Positions 1 through 12,590 are shown, counted from the stretch's first letter. The stretch: DNA of 64,000 bases from Hemiscyllium ocellatum (GCF_020745735.1 NW_026868127.1:1-64000), one strand, 5' to 3'. Numbers and translations: made by a program. The notes: generated from the sequence alone by a model not told the origin.

Positions 1-1095
1 AAAATGTTTCCAGCATTGGGCACAGAACTGGCTGAGTAGGAGGAGACAGAGGGCAGTGATGGGGGGATGGTTTTCTGAATGGAGGGCTGTGACTCGTGGT
101 GTTCCACAGGGAACTCTGCTGTATATGGTCTACATAAATGATTTGGAGGAAAGCGTAGCTGGTCTAATGAGGAATTTTACAATTGATACAAAGATTGGTA
201 GAAGTGCAGAGAATGAGAAGGATTATCTAGGATATAGCAGGATAGAGATGCTTGGACAGAAAAATGGCAGGTGTAGTTTAATCCAGACAAATGTGAGGTG
301 ATGCATTTTGGAAGGTGATGTACAGGTGGGAATTATACAGTGAATGACAGAATCCTTTGGAGTATTGATATGCAGAGGGATCTGGGTGTGTATGTTCACA
401 GACCACTGAAGGTGCCAGCACAGGGAGGTAAGGCAGTAAAAAGGCTGATGGCCTGGTTGCCTTCATTGGAAGGGGCATTGAGTGTAAGGACAGACAAGTT
501 ATGCTGCAGCTTGAAAGAACTTTAGTTCGGCCACACTTGGAATAGTGCACACAGTTCTGGTTGCATAGAACTGCACACAGTCCAAAAGAAGGATGTGGAT
601 GTTTTGAAGACGGTGCAGAAAATGTTTACCAGGATATTGTCTGGTATGGGGGGATTGTAGTTCTGAAGAAAGGTTGGAGAGACTGGTTTGTTTTCACTGG
701 AATGCAGGAAAATGAGGTGTGTCCTGATAGAAGTTTACAGAGTTGTGAATGGGATAGGCAGAGTGGAAATAATGAGACTTTTTCCCAGGGTGGAGGGGGT
801 CAAATACTAGGGGACGCAGGTTCAAGGTGCAGGGGTTTGGGGGAATTCATTGTAAAGAGGTGTACAAACCAAGTATTTCACACAGTGGAAGTTGACTACC
901 TGGAACACACAGCCAGAGGAGGGGGTGGAAGCAGACACAATAGAAGTATTCAAGAAATTCCTGCACTAATGCATGAATAGGAAGGGAATAGAGGGATATG
1001 AATCCTGTCGATGAAGATAGTTTCAGTATAGAAGGGCAAAATGTATCAGCACAGGCTTGGAGGGCCGAAGGGCCTGTTCCTGTGCTGTATTGTCC
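1..1095 (+). mobile_element. CR1/HER1-type LINE, 3' fragment (RT C-terminus and tail), degenerate
   Basis: ORF 56-301 has GVPQG...YINDLEE...DTKIG RT motifs; ends in the gggccgaagggcctgttcctgtgctgta tail typical of this family. Confidence 0.85.
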
Positions 1096-1519
1096 CTTGT
1101 TCTTTGGTCCCTGCTGTTGAATTGGATTCTCGGGAGCCAGCTCCATATGAAGAGCCTGTTCTCATTCTTTTGTTGGAGTTCATGGGGCAGCTGCTGCTTC
1201 CTTGTTACGTCACTGATCAAACCAACAATGGGGAAAGCCTCTTGATATTTTAAATACACTGTCTGCAGGAAAATGTTTGGCTGAGGTTTTAATATTGTTT
1301 AATAAGATAATGACATCAATACACCAGTGTTCTTTACGGCTGGAGAGCATTTAACATCATAGTCCTTGTTTAAATGGACTCTCACTCATGATAATACAGT
1401 TTTCAATGTTTCTCTCCCTTTATGTGTTATGAAGAGATTTGCCAACATGTTTTGGTGAGGACAGTGCATCTTCATTGGAGGATTGGAAGATGATATCTTC
1501 AGGACACACACACTAAACA

Positions 1520-1680
1520 ACCCCACCACCCTGTGGCCGACCATTTCAACTCCCCATCCACTTGCTAAGGATATGCAAGTCCCTAGGCCTACTCCACCGC
1601 CAAATTGAAGCCATCTAACAACTGGAGGAAGAACACCACATCTTCCACCTTGAGACCCTCCAATGACACGGAATGAATGT
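1520..1680 (+). mobile_element. Penelope-like element, short 3' fragment
   Basis: accccaccaccctgtggccgaccatttcaactcccc resembles the post-GIY-YIG segment of the Penelope copy at 63950-64000. Confidence 0.5.
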
Positions 1681-1681
1681 T

Positions 1682-2290
1682 ATAGAGTCATAGAGTCATA
1701 GAGATGTACAGCATGGAAATAGACCCTTCAGTCCAACCCGTCCATGCCGACCAGATATCCCAACCCAATCTAGTCCCACCTGCCAGCACCCAGCCCATCT
1801 CCCTCCAAACCCTTCCTATTCATATACCCATTCAAATGCCTCTTAAATGTTGCAATTGCACCAGCCTCCACCACATCTTCTGGCAGCTCATTCCATACAC
1901 ATACCACCCTCTGCGTGAAAAAGTTGCCCCTTAGGTCTCTTTTGTATCTTTCTCCTCTCACCCTAAACCTATGCCCTCTAGTTCTGGACTCCCCAACCAC
2001 TGGGAAAAGATGTTGTCTATTTATCCTATCCATGCCCTTCGTAATTTTGTAAAACTCTATCAGGTTATCACTCAGCCTCTGATGCTCCAGGGAAAACAGC
2101 ACCAGTCTGTTCAGCCTCTCCCTGTCCGATCTTCCAACCCTGGCAACATCCTTGTAAATCTTTTCTGAACCCTTTCAAGTTTCACAACATCTTTCCGATA
2201 GGAAGGAGACCAGAATTGCATGCAATATTCCAGCAGTAGCCTAACCAATGTCCTGTACAGCCGCAACATGACCTCCCAACTCCTGTTCAA
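1682..2290 (-). mobile_element. CR1-type LINE 3' fragment
   Basis: ORF 2111-2329 (-) LEYCMQFWSPSYRKDVVKLERVQKRFTRMLPG; (ATAGAGTC)n tail at 1682-1703. Confidence 0.9.
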
Positions 2291-2294
2291 TACT

Positions 2295-2605
2295 CTGAAT
2301 GTTGATGTTACTTGTTTCCTCATCTCCACTCCCCCAGCTTATCCCAGATCCAACCCTCCAACTCGGCACCACCCTTTTGAAACTGTCCTACCTGTCCATC
2401 TTCCTTCCCACCTATCCACTCCCCTTCACTCTGACCTATCACTGTCACCCCCCACCTCCACGTACCTATTGCAATCTTCATTACATTTTCCCCAGCCCCA
2501 ATTCCCTCCTATTTATCTCTCTGACTCCTCACTCCCTCCTCTCCATTCCTGATGAAGAGCTTATGCTCAAAACGTCGACTCTCCTGCTCCAGGGATTCTG
2601 CCTAA
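2295..2605 (+). mobile_element. Penelope-like terminal fragment
   Basis: pyrimidine-rich stretch ending cctgatgaagagcttatgctcaaaacgtcgactctcctgctcc; the same terminal motif recurs at ~59650-59700 and (reverse) ~42950-43015. Confidence 0.5.
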
Positions 2606-3269
2606 CCAGCGCTACATGATTTCACTCTGTGCTGTGGTAAACAGTGTGTTAAAGCCCAGTGCAGGTCATCCGTCATCTCAATCAGATCACAGGGTCTAAG
2701 GTGGGTCAGTAATGTCTGGCCCCAGAACAATAACACTGACTGACTGGAGACAACCCAGATCAAGTCCCAGTGAGAGTGTTATTGACCTTCACACTCAAAG
2801 CCCACCAAGGAGGTGGTTGTTGTTAGTTCAATGTTGCCACAGATTAAATTCTCCCAGAGATTCATAATTCATTCCAGATTTTAAACAAGGGAGGGATGTT
2901 TGGGGGGAGACAGATGGGAAGGCATGGAGAGGAAACAAAAAGGAGAGAGAATTGCCCTTCTGTTACACTGTTCATGAGCTCAGGATGTTCAAAGATGTTT
3001 TACAGCTAATGGAGAAATTCCAAAGTCTAGTCATTGTTGTAATATGGGCGGGGGAATGACAGCTCCCCCGAACAGAAGGAATGCAAAAACTGCTATCACT
3101 ATGAGAGTGGAAAGGTCGGGTGGAGACAATGACAGTGACACCCTCCACAGAGAGAGAGGGGAAAGTACGCAGACACATTTAAAAACTGTATTAACACAAG
3201 TGAGAAATCAAACAAACACCCACTTCATCATGAGTCTTCCTGCATTGTTGGTTTGAATCCAATTCAACA

Positions 3270-4260
3270 GCAGGGACCAAAGAACAAGGAACTATACAGC
3301 ACAGGAACAGGCCCTTCGGCCCTCCCAGCCTGTGTTGACACATTTTGCCCTTCCTCACCGAAACTGTATTCACCTACAGGATTCATATCCCTCTATTCCC
3401 TTCTTTTCCGTGTATTCATCCAGGTATTTCTTGAATGCTGCTATTGTGTCTGCTTCCACCACTTCCACTGGCAGCGTGTTCCAGCCCTCACCACCGTTTG
3501 TGTGAAATACTTACCTCACACATCTGTTTTAATTCCCCACTGCACCCACCCCCCCTCCCACACCTTGTACCTGTGTCCCCTAGTAACTGACCCCTCTACC
3601 CTGGGAAAATCCCTCATATCAGACAGCATTCTTGGTACATTTTTTCAGTACCCTCTCCAAAGCATCCACATCCTTCTGGTCATAGTGACCAGAACCATAT
3701 GCAATATTCCAGTGTGGCCAAACTAAAGTTCAGTAAAGCTGCAGTATAACTTGTCTATCCTAATACTCAGTGCTCCTCCCAATGTAGCCAAGCCTGCCAT
3801 TGCCTTTTTTACTACCTTCGGTGCTGCCACTCTCAGTGATCTGTGAACATGTACACCGAGATCCCTCTGCATTTCAATACTCCAATGGATTCTGCCATTC
3901 ACTGTGCAGGTATTCTGCCACGTGCTTCATCTTTCAAAATGCATCATTTCACATTTATTTGGATTAAACTTCATCTGCCATTTTCTATCCACGCATCCAA
4001 TTGATCTATGTCCTGCTGTATCCTCTGATAATCTGATCATTAACTGCAACTCCAGCAATCTTTGTGGCATCCACAAACTCATGAATTAGACTAGCCATGT
4101 TTTCGTCCAAATCACTTATGGAGACCATGAACAGCAAAGGTCCCATCATTGATCCCTGCAAAACCCACAAGACACAGCCCCCATTCTGAAATCCATCCTT
4201 CCATCACTATGCTCTCTCCTCTGACACAGCCAGTTCTGTATCCAATGCTGGGAACATTTT
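3270..4260 (-). mobile_element. CR1-type LINE 3' fragment; inverted paralog of 1-1095
   Basis: reverse complement is collinear with 1-1095, including flanks beyond the LINE ends. Confidence 0.8.
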
Positions 4261-4722
4261 AGACAAGACACCTTGTTGCCAGATCGTTACTGCAACTTGA
4301 TCCAGTTCATTCAGAAAGAGACAAAGGACAATGTGCAGATTGTTGAACAGGCCCCTACACCTGGGCCTGAGGGAGGAGCCGAAGCTCCAATACACTACAC
4401 ATGGAACTTAAGACAGAGTGGGGTCATGAAGTCTGTCCATATGTTCCTTTGGGACCGGAAAGGAGTGAGGAAATAGAGGCAATTGTAGAAGAGTCAATAA
4501 GGATTAAAGCAAGATGGAGAGCGCGTTTTGGAAAGGGATTAGTGGAGAAAAATATACTTTTTGCCACCCAACGTTGACATAGTCTCCGTGTATCACATCA
4601 TGAATAAAATAGCACACTGTGAGGACAATCAAAAGTTACACCAAAGTGCTTATTTTTGATATATCACAGCATGCAGAGCATTTTTATTGTGGTGCAATTA
4701 GGTATCCTGGTTCAAAAGATGT

Positions 4723-4732
4723 TCTCTCTCTC

Positions 4733-4766
<34 letters not shown>
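4723..4766. repeat. (CT)n microsatellite
   Basis: direct reading, one interruption. Confidence 0.95.
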
Positions 4767-4769
<3 letters not shown>

Positions 4770-6808
4770 GTTTGTACAGATCCAGCTGGTTCGATCCTCA
4801 CAGAGCCCCAGTTTATTTGGACTGTTCAGTAATGTGGAAATGTCGATGGTGGACTGGGGTACACCTGATAAAGGAGCAGCGCTTCAGAAGCTTGTGATTT
4901 CAAATGAATCAGTTGGGCTAGAACCTGGTGTAGTGAGTCCTCTGACTTTGTATTGTTCAGGCACAGTGAAACAGCTGCTTTCTAGTTACTATGGAGGACT
5001 TGCACAGCTGCTGAAGACTATGGGTAATGACTCCTTCCATTAGCCGCAAACACACCAGTAGTCATTCCAGTGGATTCCAGTGGGAATGACCAATCAGTTG
5101 CTTTGACCTAGTTCCCCAGTTAATCAGGCCATGGCTGACCTGGAATACATTCTCCCTTTGTCCTGTAAACCGTACTGCCCTGAGAAAATGGATATTGAAA
5201 CCCAACCTCAACAGCTTTTTATTTTGGATTGAGGGTTCCAGATTTCCATCACTCTGTCGGAAAGAAATTTTCCTGAAATCGTCTGAATTACAATTTTAAC
5301 AACCCTCTTGTTCTGGACTCGGACTGGAGAAAGCAATTTACATCAACACTGTTCATCATCTCTGGGGAAAAGTCTGACTGATGTAACCTGTTCTCTCTCA
5401 TTAACAGTTTCTGATCTGAAGGTGACATCACAGGCTGGACACTGAGAGGGTGGTTCCTGTTATCGGGCAGACGAGGACTGGAGGGCAGGTTTAACACAAA
5501 CCAGTCTCCAGTTTAAAGGGAAGGAGGGTTTTCTTGCTGAGGGTTGATAGTCTGTGGAATTTTCTTCTCTACATGGGGATGGAGGTTCACTCATGGAGTT
5601 GGCACAAGGTTACAGTCGACAGACTTTTTGATGAACAAGGCAATTAAGGATAATGGGAGGGGGTGGGGAAGCAGAACGTACGGGCGAGACCATAACCAGA
5701 TGAGCAGTGATCTTCTTCATTGGCACAGCAGCTCCCAAAAGGCCTGCTCCTGCTCCTAGGTCCTATGTTCTGACAGAGGCTGCAGCAATCCTGGACCCCC
5801 ATCTTTCTTTGTCACTCACTGACAAAAATATAATTTTAAAATGAAAATTATTTTTTTGAACAAGACCAACTCAATTCTTGTTGCAGTCATTTTCTTTGCT
5901 GGCTTTTAATTTCAACAGGGTTTTAGCAACACGTCATTTGTCTTATGTTGCAGTGGAGACAGACACAAGGCAGTGAGGCCTCAGAGAGCACCGAGAGCTT
6001 TCACTCTGCACAACAAGGCTGTCAGCACAAGCATCTGGTGACAGAATTGTAGGGGGTTGAAAAGGAGAGAGTCACGGAGAAAAGAGACCTTATAGTTCAA
6101 AATAAAACCTCTTCATATATTCCCACACTTTAATGAATTAATGTTAGAGGATTAGAAACCCAGAACGGTGAGAGTGTGCTGGCTCAGAGGCTAAAAGGCA
6201 GAGAGCAAGGAGCTGCATTATTCCTTCTCATTATTATTTCTGCTTCATCATTGGTGAGCTTCATAAATATTGCCCACCCCCAGTTGCTTGGACTAAGTTC
6301 TTTGCTGAGCCAGATCATAGGGTCATTAAAAATGGATCATGTCACGGTGGGGCAGGAGTCACAGACCAGGCTCCCTCGCCAAAAGAACATTTGTGGACAT
6401 CACATTGAATTTCATGTCTTTTTTTGTACAAATTCCAGCGCCTTCCTTTCCAGATATTACATGGCTCACCACCGCCCTCTCCAGGACAATTAGGGGAAGG
6501 CAACCAATAACCAACACGTCAACGCCCGCCCCATCCCGGGAGAAATCAGGAGAAATGATGTAAAATTAAAATGATCAAATTGGTGAGGCTTGAATTCATC
6601 TCTTTGAAAGACTGGACTCTCGGTCAGAAACAGAGCCATGACATGGGTGAACCTGGTTTGTCAGATTGAAAGGTGGAGAGTCCTTTGGATTGACGCTGGG
6701 ATCAGCAAAAAAATGAATTGCACTCAAAGATTGAACAAACAGCTATCAAAGTGGGTCACCAAACTGCAGAGTACAGCACTTGCAGCGACGCGAGCAACGC
6801 GTCCCCAC

Positions 6809-7116
6809 CACGGTGGCACAGTGGTTAGCACTGCTGTCTCACAGTGCCTGAGACCCGGGTTCAATTCCCACCTCAGGCGACTGACTGTGTGGAGTTTGCA
6901 CATTCTCCCCGTGTCTGCGTGGGTTTCCTCCGGGTGCTCCGGTTTCCTCCCACAGTCCAAAGATGTGCGGGTCAGGTGAATTGGCCGTGTTAAATTGCCC
7001 GTAGTGTTAGGTAAGGGACAAATGTAGGGGTATGGGTGGGTTGCGCTTCGGCGGGTCGGTGTGGACTTGTTGGGCCGAAGGGCCTGTTTCCACACTGTAA
7101 GTAATCTAATCTAATC
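6809..7116 (+). mobile_element. tRNA-derived HE1-type SINE, full length, young
   Basis: tRNA-like head cacggtggcacagtggttagc...gggttcaattcc, LINE-derived 3' end gggccgaagggcctgtttccacactg, (TAATC)n tail; ~95% like the 18442-18752 copy. Confidence 0.9.
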
Positions 7117-7899
7117 TCTCTCCTTGCTGTTGCCCTTCCCTAACTGTCCTGGAGAGGGCGGTGGTGAGCCATGAGTTTCTCGAAGAGAATCTGACAGAGG
7201 GACAAGGTCATGTCCTCGGCCTGAGCACAACTGCCTGGCCAGCTGTGCTTTTCCAGCACCACACTTTTTGACTCTGAGTAAACTATCCTTCAGGAGAATG
7301 AGCTGTGGCACATGGGAAAACCTGGGAGTATTGGAAAGGCATCAGCAGCCTGGTCAGCCTGCAGAGGGGCAGAAACAGATTTGATGAATGAGATGATATC
7401 CTTTCAGAGCCACACAGTTTACATTGTTACTGACGGTGACTCCATGGGCAATGCTCCTGCTTCAGAGTCAAATGGTCATTGCATTGAAAGCCACCTCAGA
7501 AATGAGAACACAGAATCCAGGTTGAGACTGCAGTGAACTCTGACACAATATTATGTATGGGATGTTCATTTAAAGCCCCACCAGCACCACCCAGACCCCA
7601 ATCCTCCACCTCAGGGGGCTCGACAAGATCCCATTCTGAAGAGATTCCCTCAGGCATCCTGCTCAATATTCAACTAATGCCACCAAAAGGATTTGTCTCA
7701 TCATTCGTTTGCTGATTTTGGGATCTCAGCATTTTGTCTTGTGAAGGTGATTGCACTGTGCAGGCAGCTTTAAATATCCTGGGACGATTACAAAAAAACA
7801 CTGCACCAACAAGTGTTCTTTCTTCCTGTCACATAACAGGGGAGTAAATCAGTAACTGAAAATCCACACTGAAGGCAAACACTGAAGCTTCAGCTGAAA

Positions 7900-9530
7900 G
7901 GCTTTTTGCACCACGTTAACCTGCGCCCTGGGCATTTCCTTCCAGTGTCCGAGATCGTTACCAGGCTGGGATGGAGGCTTACAGGAGGCTGGAAGAACAC
8001 AGCAAGTCAGGCAGAATCTGGAGGTGGAGCAGTCAACATTTCGGGTATAACCCTTCTTCAGAACTGCAGGTGGGGGTAAGGGGAGCTGCAAATCAAGGTG
8101 GGATCGGTTGTTTGCGTGGGTGGAGGGGAATGGTGGAGTGGAAGGTATTGATGGATGAACACAGGTAGAGGGTTGGAAGTGCTTAGTCGATGGGAGGAAT
8201 GAATCCATTTGATGGCTGGAAGGGTGGGTCCATAAGTGGAATAGAATGGAGGAGGGGGACTGGAAAGGGAGTCGAAAGTTGGAAAAGGGAGACTTTTTGA
8301 AACTGGAGAACTCAATGTTGATTCCTTTGGGTTGTAAGCAACCCGGGCAAAAGATAATTATTTGTTCCTCCAATTTGCAGTCTGATTGCTTATGGTAATG
8401 GAGGAGGCAGAGGATAGTCATGTCAGAGAGGGAATAGGAAGGAGAATTGAAATAGGCAGTGACTGGGAGGCCAGGTCAGCCTTTGTGAGCCTGGCTGAGA
8501 TGCTCATCAAAACATGTCCTTAGTTTATGTTTGGTCTCACCGATGCAGAGAAGACCACAACGGGTGCACCAGATACAATAAACTAGGTTGGAGGAGAGGC
8601 AGGTGAACCTCTGTCTGACCTGGAAGGACTGGGGCCCTGGATGGAAATGACAGGGTTTGGTGTGTGGGCAGGTTTTGCATCTTTTACAGTTGCAGGGGAA
8701 GGTACCAGGGTTTTGTTGGGGGAGGAGGGGTAGGTGTGAAGTGTGGTGAAAACCAAGGATTGGCAAAGGGAACAGTCCTTGTGGAAGGCAGAGAGGGGTG
8801 GGGAGGGGAAGATGTTCTTGATAGTGGGGTCGAGCTGGAGTTGTCAGAATTGTTTGAGGATGATACGTTGGATGCGGAGATTGATTGGACGTAAGGTGAA
8901 GACAAGGGGGACCCTGTCTTTATTGCATTTTGGAGGGGAGTGTTTAAATTTGGGGAGCAGAGAATGGAGGAGGTGCGGTGGAGGGCTTTCTGGATGGCAG
9001 AGGTGGGAAAAGTACATTGTTCAAAATAAGTGGACATCTGGGACACTTGGGAGTGGAGCGTCTCCTCGTTCGAGCAGACATGACGGAGATGGAAGAATTG
9101 GGAAAACGGGAGGGTGTTCTTGCAGGATACTGGTTGGGAGGAGGTCGTTGTGAGAGTCTGTGGATTTACAGTAAATGTCTGATCCTAGACTGTCACCGGA
9201 GATGGAAATGGAGCAATCAAGAAAGAAGAAGGATTTGTCCAAGATGGACTATGTGAATTAAAGGGCAGGTTGGAGGTTGTTAGCAAAGTCGATGAACTGC
9301 TCCAGTTCAGCCTGGGTGGTGGATGCAGCACTGATGCAGTCGCTGATGTAATGGTGGATGATTTGGGGAATGGTGCCTGTGCATGTACTGGTGAGGTGTT
9401 GTTTGATGTAGCGACAACAAGCAGACATAGATCCTGAGAGAGCACCTTCCAAACCCATGACCACGTCCATCAAGAAGGACATGGTAGCAGATACACAGGA
9501 ACACCACTCTTTGCAAGTTCCTCTCATTGA
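7900..9530 (-). mobile_element. Penelope-like retroelement (RT C-terminus and GIY-YIG endonuclease), frameshifted
   Basis: ORF 8476-8766 (-) CKRCKTC...NLVYCIWCTRCGLLCIGETKHKLRTCFDEH; ORF 9258-9527 (-) includes an RT YxDD-like remnant and FIDFANN. Confidence 0.85.
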
Positions 9531-11477
9531 AATATATCGCTGTTCCTACATTGTTATTGGGTCAGGCTCATGGAATTCCCTTCCTCCGCACATTGTGGGT
9601 CTACCTACAGCACACAGACTGTAACAGTTCGAGAAAGCAGCTCAGCGCCACTGTGTCCATGACAATGAGAGATGGACAGTAACAAGGCTGGTGAACAGTA
9701 AGAGCAGGTTTGATTAGGGATCTGAAAGTGAGAATGTGATGTTTCAGTTCTTCCTGGACATCTCAAGGTTTGTATGAACTTTTGGTCTCCTAATTGCAGA
9801 AAGAATATAATCCATTGGAAGTGTTTCAGAGGAGTTTTATCCGACTGATCCCTGGTATGAGGGGGCTGTGTGGTGAGGAAGGATCGGAAAGGCTGGCCTT
9901 GATCTCACTGGAGTTTCGAAGAGTGGGGGTTTTTCCTGTCCCACTGTATTCTCCAAACCCTTATCTGACCCCCTCTTGGGTCATACCCTCCTGCCCCTTA
10001 CTAACATGGAATTGGACTGCCCAGTCCTGAGGCTTACACCTTCCATCTGGAACAAAGTCTCCAGGTAGCACTGACCCTCCCTGATGTATCAGGATTCTTA
10101 CAACTCAGCTTCCAATCCAAACCCCCTGAGTGGGAGTTGCTGTAGATTTGTACAGTCACTACAGATGTATTTACCCTGAATCATTTCAGTTTAATGAACA
10201 AATGCTGATTCCACTTACAAATGAAAGAAATCAATTCTTTCATGGAACTAGTAATTGTCCTCAGTCTCTGGATCAATGTTTCAGTACTTTTCATTTCTAG
10301 GATTTCCCTATTTGAGGTTTCCTAAGCATACTATTGATATGGTTCCTTACACAAAGCTCTTCCCAGCTGATCTGGTCAACAGACTCCTGTCCCCTTGTTT
10401 ATTATTTTGCTATTTTCAAACCAAGTGCATGTGCAGGCTCCCATCAGCTGAAGTGACAGTTCCAAACCAGTTTGGAAAAGCAAAGGTAGACCTCCTTCCC
10501 ACAGTTCACCGAACTCCCACATTGACCAAACCTCCCAGCATCCCCCTCTGTGCCAGCTGCAGGATATAGGCTGCCCTGTATTTATACTGGTGCTAATTGA
10601 TATCACTTTGTTCTGTCGTGCTATTAAAGTCATAGAGACAGCACAGAGACAGAACCTTTGGTTCAACTTGTCCACGCTGACCAGATATCCCAACGCAATC
10701 TAGTTCCACTTGCCAATGCTCAGGATCTGGGTTAAGTTAGATCATTTCTCAGTCTGAAGCTTCCTTCTTTCAGCCTGAGAAATATGTTACTTTTATAACC
10801 AACAAATGTGACTTTAATGCTGGAATCTGTTTTGAAGATTAATGGGCTCAATAGTTTGATTCAATGTGGTAAGATAAGAAATATCTGTGTCACTTGCTGT
10901 AATTCAGTCTTCTCTAACCAATCTCTTCAGGGGCCAGGATGAGTGTGAGGAGATTGGGTTTTGATGGAACTACCCACAGACTCAAGTCAAAAGAAGCAAA
11001 GCAATAAAGACAGGTGGATCGAATACAAGAGAGCACATTATGAGGGAAAACTAATTATTACCAAAGGAGAGAGTGACAACATTGAATTGCTTCTGCTGTC
11101 ATCCTCTGCGCCCTTACGTTTCACAGTGTCAGCTCCACATCCTTCCATTGACTTTGTCATTGAGAGCCAACGGTTCCTTTCCCACAGCCCTTTTTAAAAT
11201 GCCCTGCCCAGGGAATCACTCAGACAGAGAATATTTCACCTTTTCTGGGAAGGTTGGAAAAATATTGGATGTCGATGAGCTACTTTCTCAGACTTCAGTG
11301 TCTGACAGAAGGATGTGTGTAGGCTGTGGATTCTGGAGACAGATCACTGAGATATTCCTCACTCCCATCAACACCTGACTTTATCCTGAAATCAGTTTCT
11401 ATTCTTCATTATAAAGTACCCCCACCAGTTTCAGACTAGACATTTCACACCCAGCCCCCATTTCCTCACATTGGAAT

Positions 11478-11789
11478 CAAGAACCAAACTTGCCCCATCT
11501 CAGGATTGCCCTCTGAATGTGGTGTCAGTGTGCTAATGCTGTGTTTGATGAAAGAGCCACAGTGGAATCTGGGACTGAATCCAAGGCGTTTCTGATCCAC
11601 CAGCAGCCTCCTTGCTGTGTGAGATTCTGTTTGGATAAGATTTCAGCCCCATGGTTCCCACTGATACAAGAACCATGGAGTGAGATTGCTGGAGCCACGT
11701 GTGGACTGAGGAACACAACAGTCAGGACAATGAGCTGCTCTGGAATCCACCCTGAGCCCTGGATGGTTGTCACTGAGATGGTCCAGGGG
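11478..11789 (-). pseudogene. possible highly decayed Ig-superfamily V exon
   Basis: 312 nt after a tctgtag acceptor; frames give IPEQLIVLT/C...LYQWEPWG*...GFSPRFHCGS...STLT...PEMGQVWFL with V-like spacing, but one frameshift, one stop, Trp and second Cys lost, no RSS. Confidence 0.3.
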
Positions 11790-11929
11790 CTACAGAATAT
11801 GACAGCAGAAAGTGGAACCAGTTTATCATTGACTATACCCCCCCCAGCCATGACTCCCAGACTGAACATTCTCAATCTGACCCCAGGGACACACGGGGCA
11901 ATTCCATCTCATTTGAAAAGTAAAGAAAA

Positions 11930-12445
11930 CCCAGGTCTAATTTATGGAATATTTATTACCCAAACCCTGTGGAATTGTTATTTTGAGTTCCAAGATTCTG
12001 CTGATCATATTGATCAATAGAGTGACCCCAGTGACCCTGATCTGAATTGCTTGGCTCAGGATCTTGCTGTCCCTGATGGATGGGTTGGTGTGGAGGGGGA
12101 ATTGCCATCAGAATATTTTGTACCAGGGATGGATCAAGTTAGTATAGTGGGTGACAAGGTGGCTCAGTGGTTAGCACTGCTTCTTCATAGTGCCAGGGAC
12201 CTGGGTTCGATCCCTGCCTCAGGAAAATATCTATGTGGATTTTGCACATTCTCTCCAAATACAAATCAAATGCTGTATGGAATATTAACTTTGCAAACCC
12301 TGTGGGATTGTTATTCTGGGTAGTAAGATCCTGCTGGTCAAATTGATCAATAAAATGCGAACTGAACTGCTTGGCTCGGGATCTTGCTGTGCTGAAAGGA
12401 TGTGTTGGTGTTCAGGGGAATTCCCATCAGATTATTGTGTTCCCC
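11930..12445. repeat. imperfect ~190 bp tandem duplication separated by a SINE head fragment (~12150-12260)
   Basis: tatggaatatt..caaaccctgtgg..attgttatt..ttgatcaata..gcttggctc.ggatcttgctgt..ggggaatt.ccatcaga present at ~11945-12115 and ~12278-12432. Confidence 0.8.
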
Positions 12446-12584
12446 ATTGCCCCCTCTATTCTCCCCTTCCTGCTCCATACCTGGGGGTGGGGTGGAGCTT
12501 TTCACTTCATACACCTATCCCTGAGGCTTCAGCTCGGGCCATTCCCAAAGCACACACAGAGACAGAGACTGAATCTTCTTCATC

Positions 12585-12590
12585 TTTATT
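12585..12590 (-). terminator. polyadenylation signal AATAAA of cluster 1 transcript
   Basis: TTTATT on plus, ~490 nt past the C1 stop, followed by a GT-rich tract; conserved at 62925-62930 in cluster 2. Confidence 0.7.

Noticed and set aside
5288-5497. C-domain-like SDFSP peptide on the minus strand
   Set aside because: No conserved Cys/Trp; overlaps LINE-tail-like sequence.
4790-6030. Possible exons after pyrimidine tracts (~4790 and ~5957)
   Set aside because: No recognisable protein; the first is largely made of a repeat-derived segment.
6809-6880. tRNA genes or cryptic RSSs in SINE heads (CACAGTG at 6817, 6840 and in other copies)
   Set aside because: tRNA-derived SINE heads fused to LINE tails; no nonamer at 12 or 23 bp.
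10471-10500. J-like FGKAKVDL
   Set aside because: Lacks FGxG, no RSS, no donor.
881-11564. KDE-like 23-RSS downstream of C1
   Set aside because: The CACAGTG hits I found (881, 4962, 6817, 6840, 11122, 11558) have no nonamer at 12 or 23 bp; a manual scan may have missed variants.
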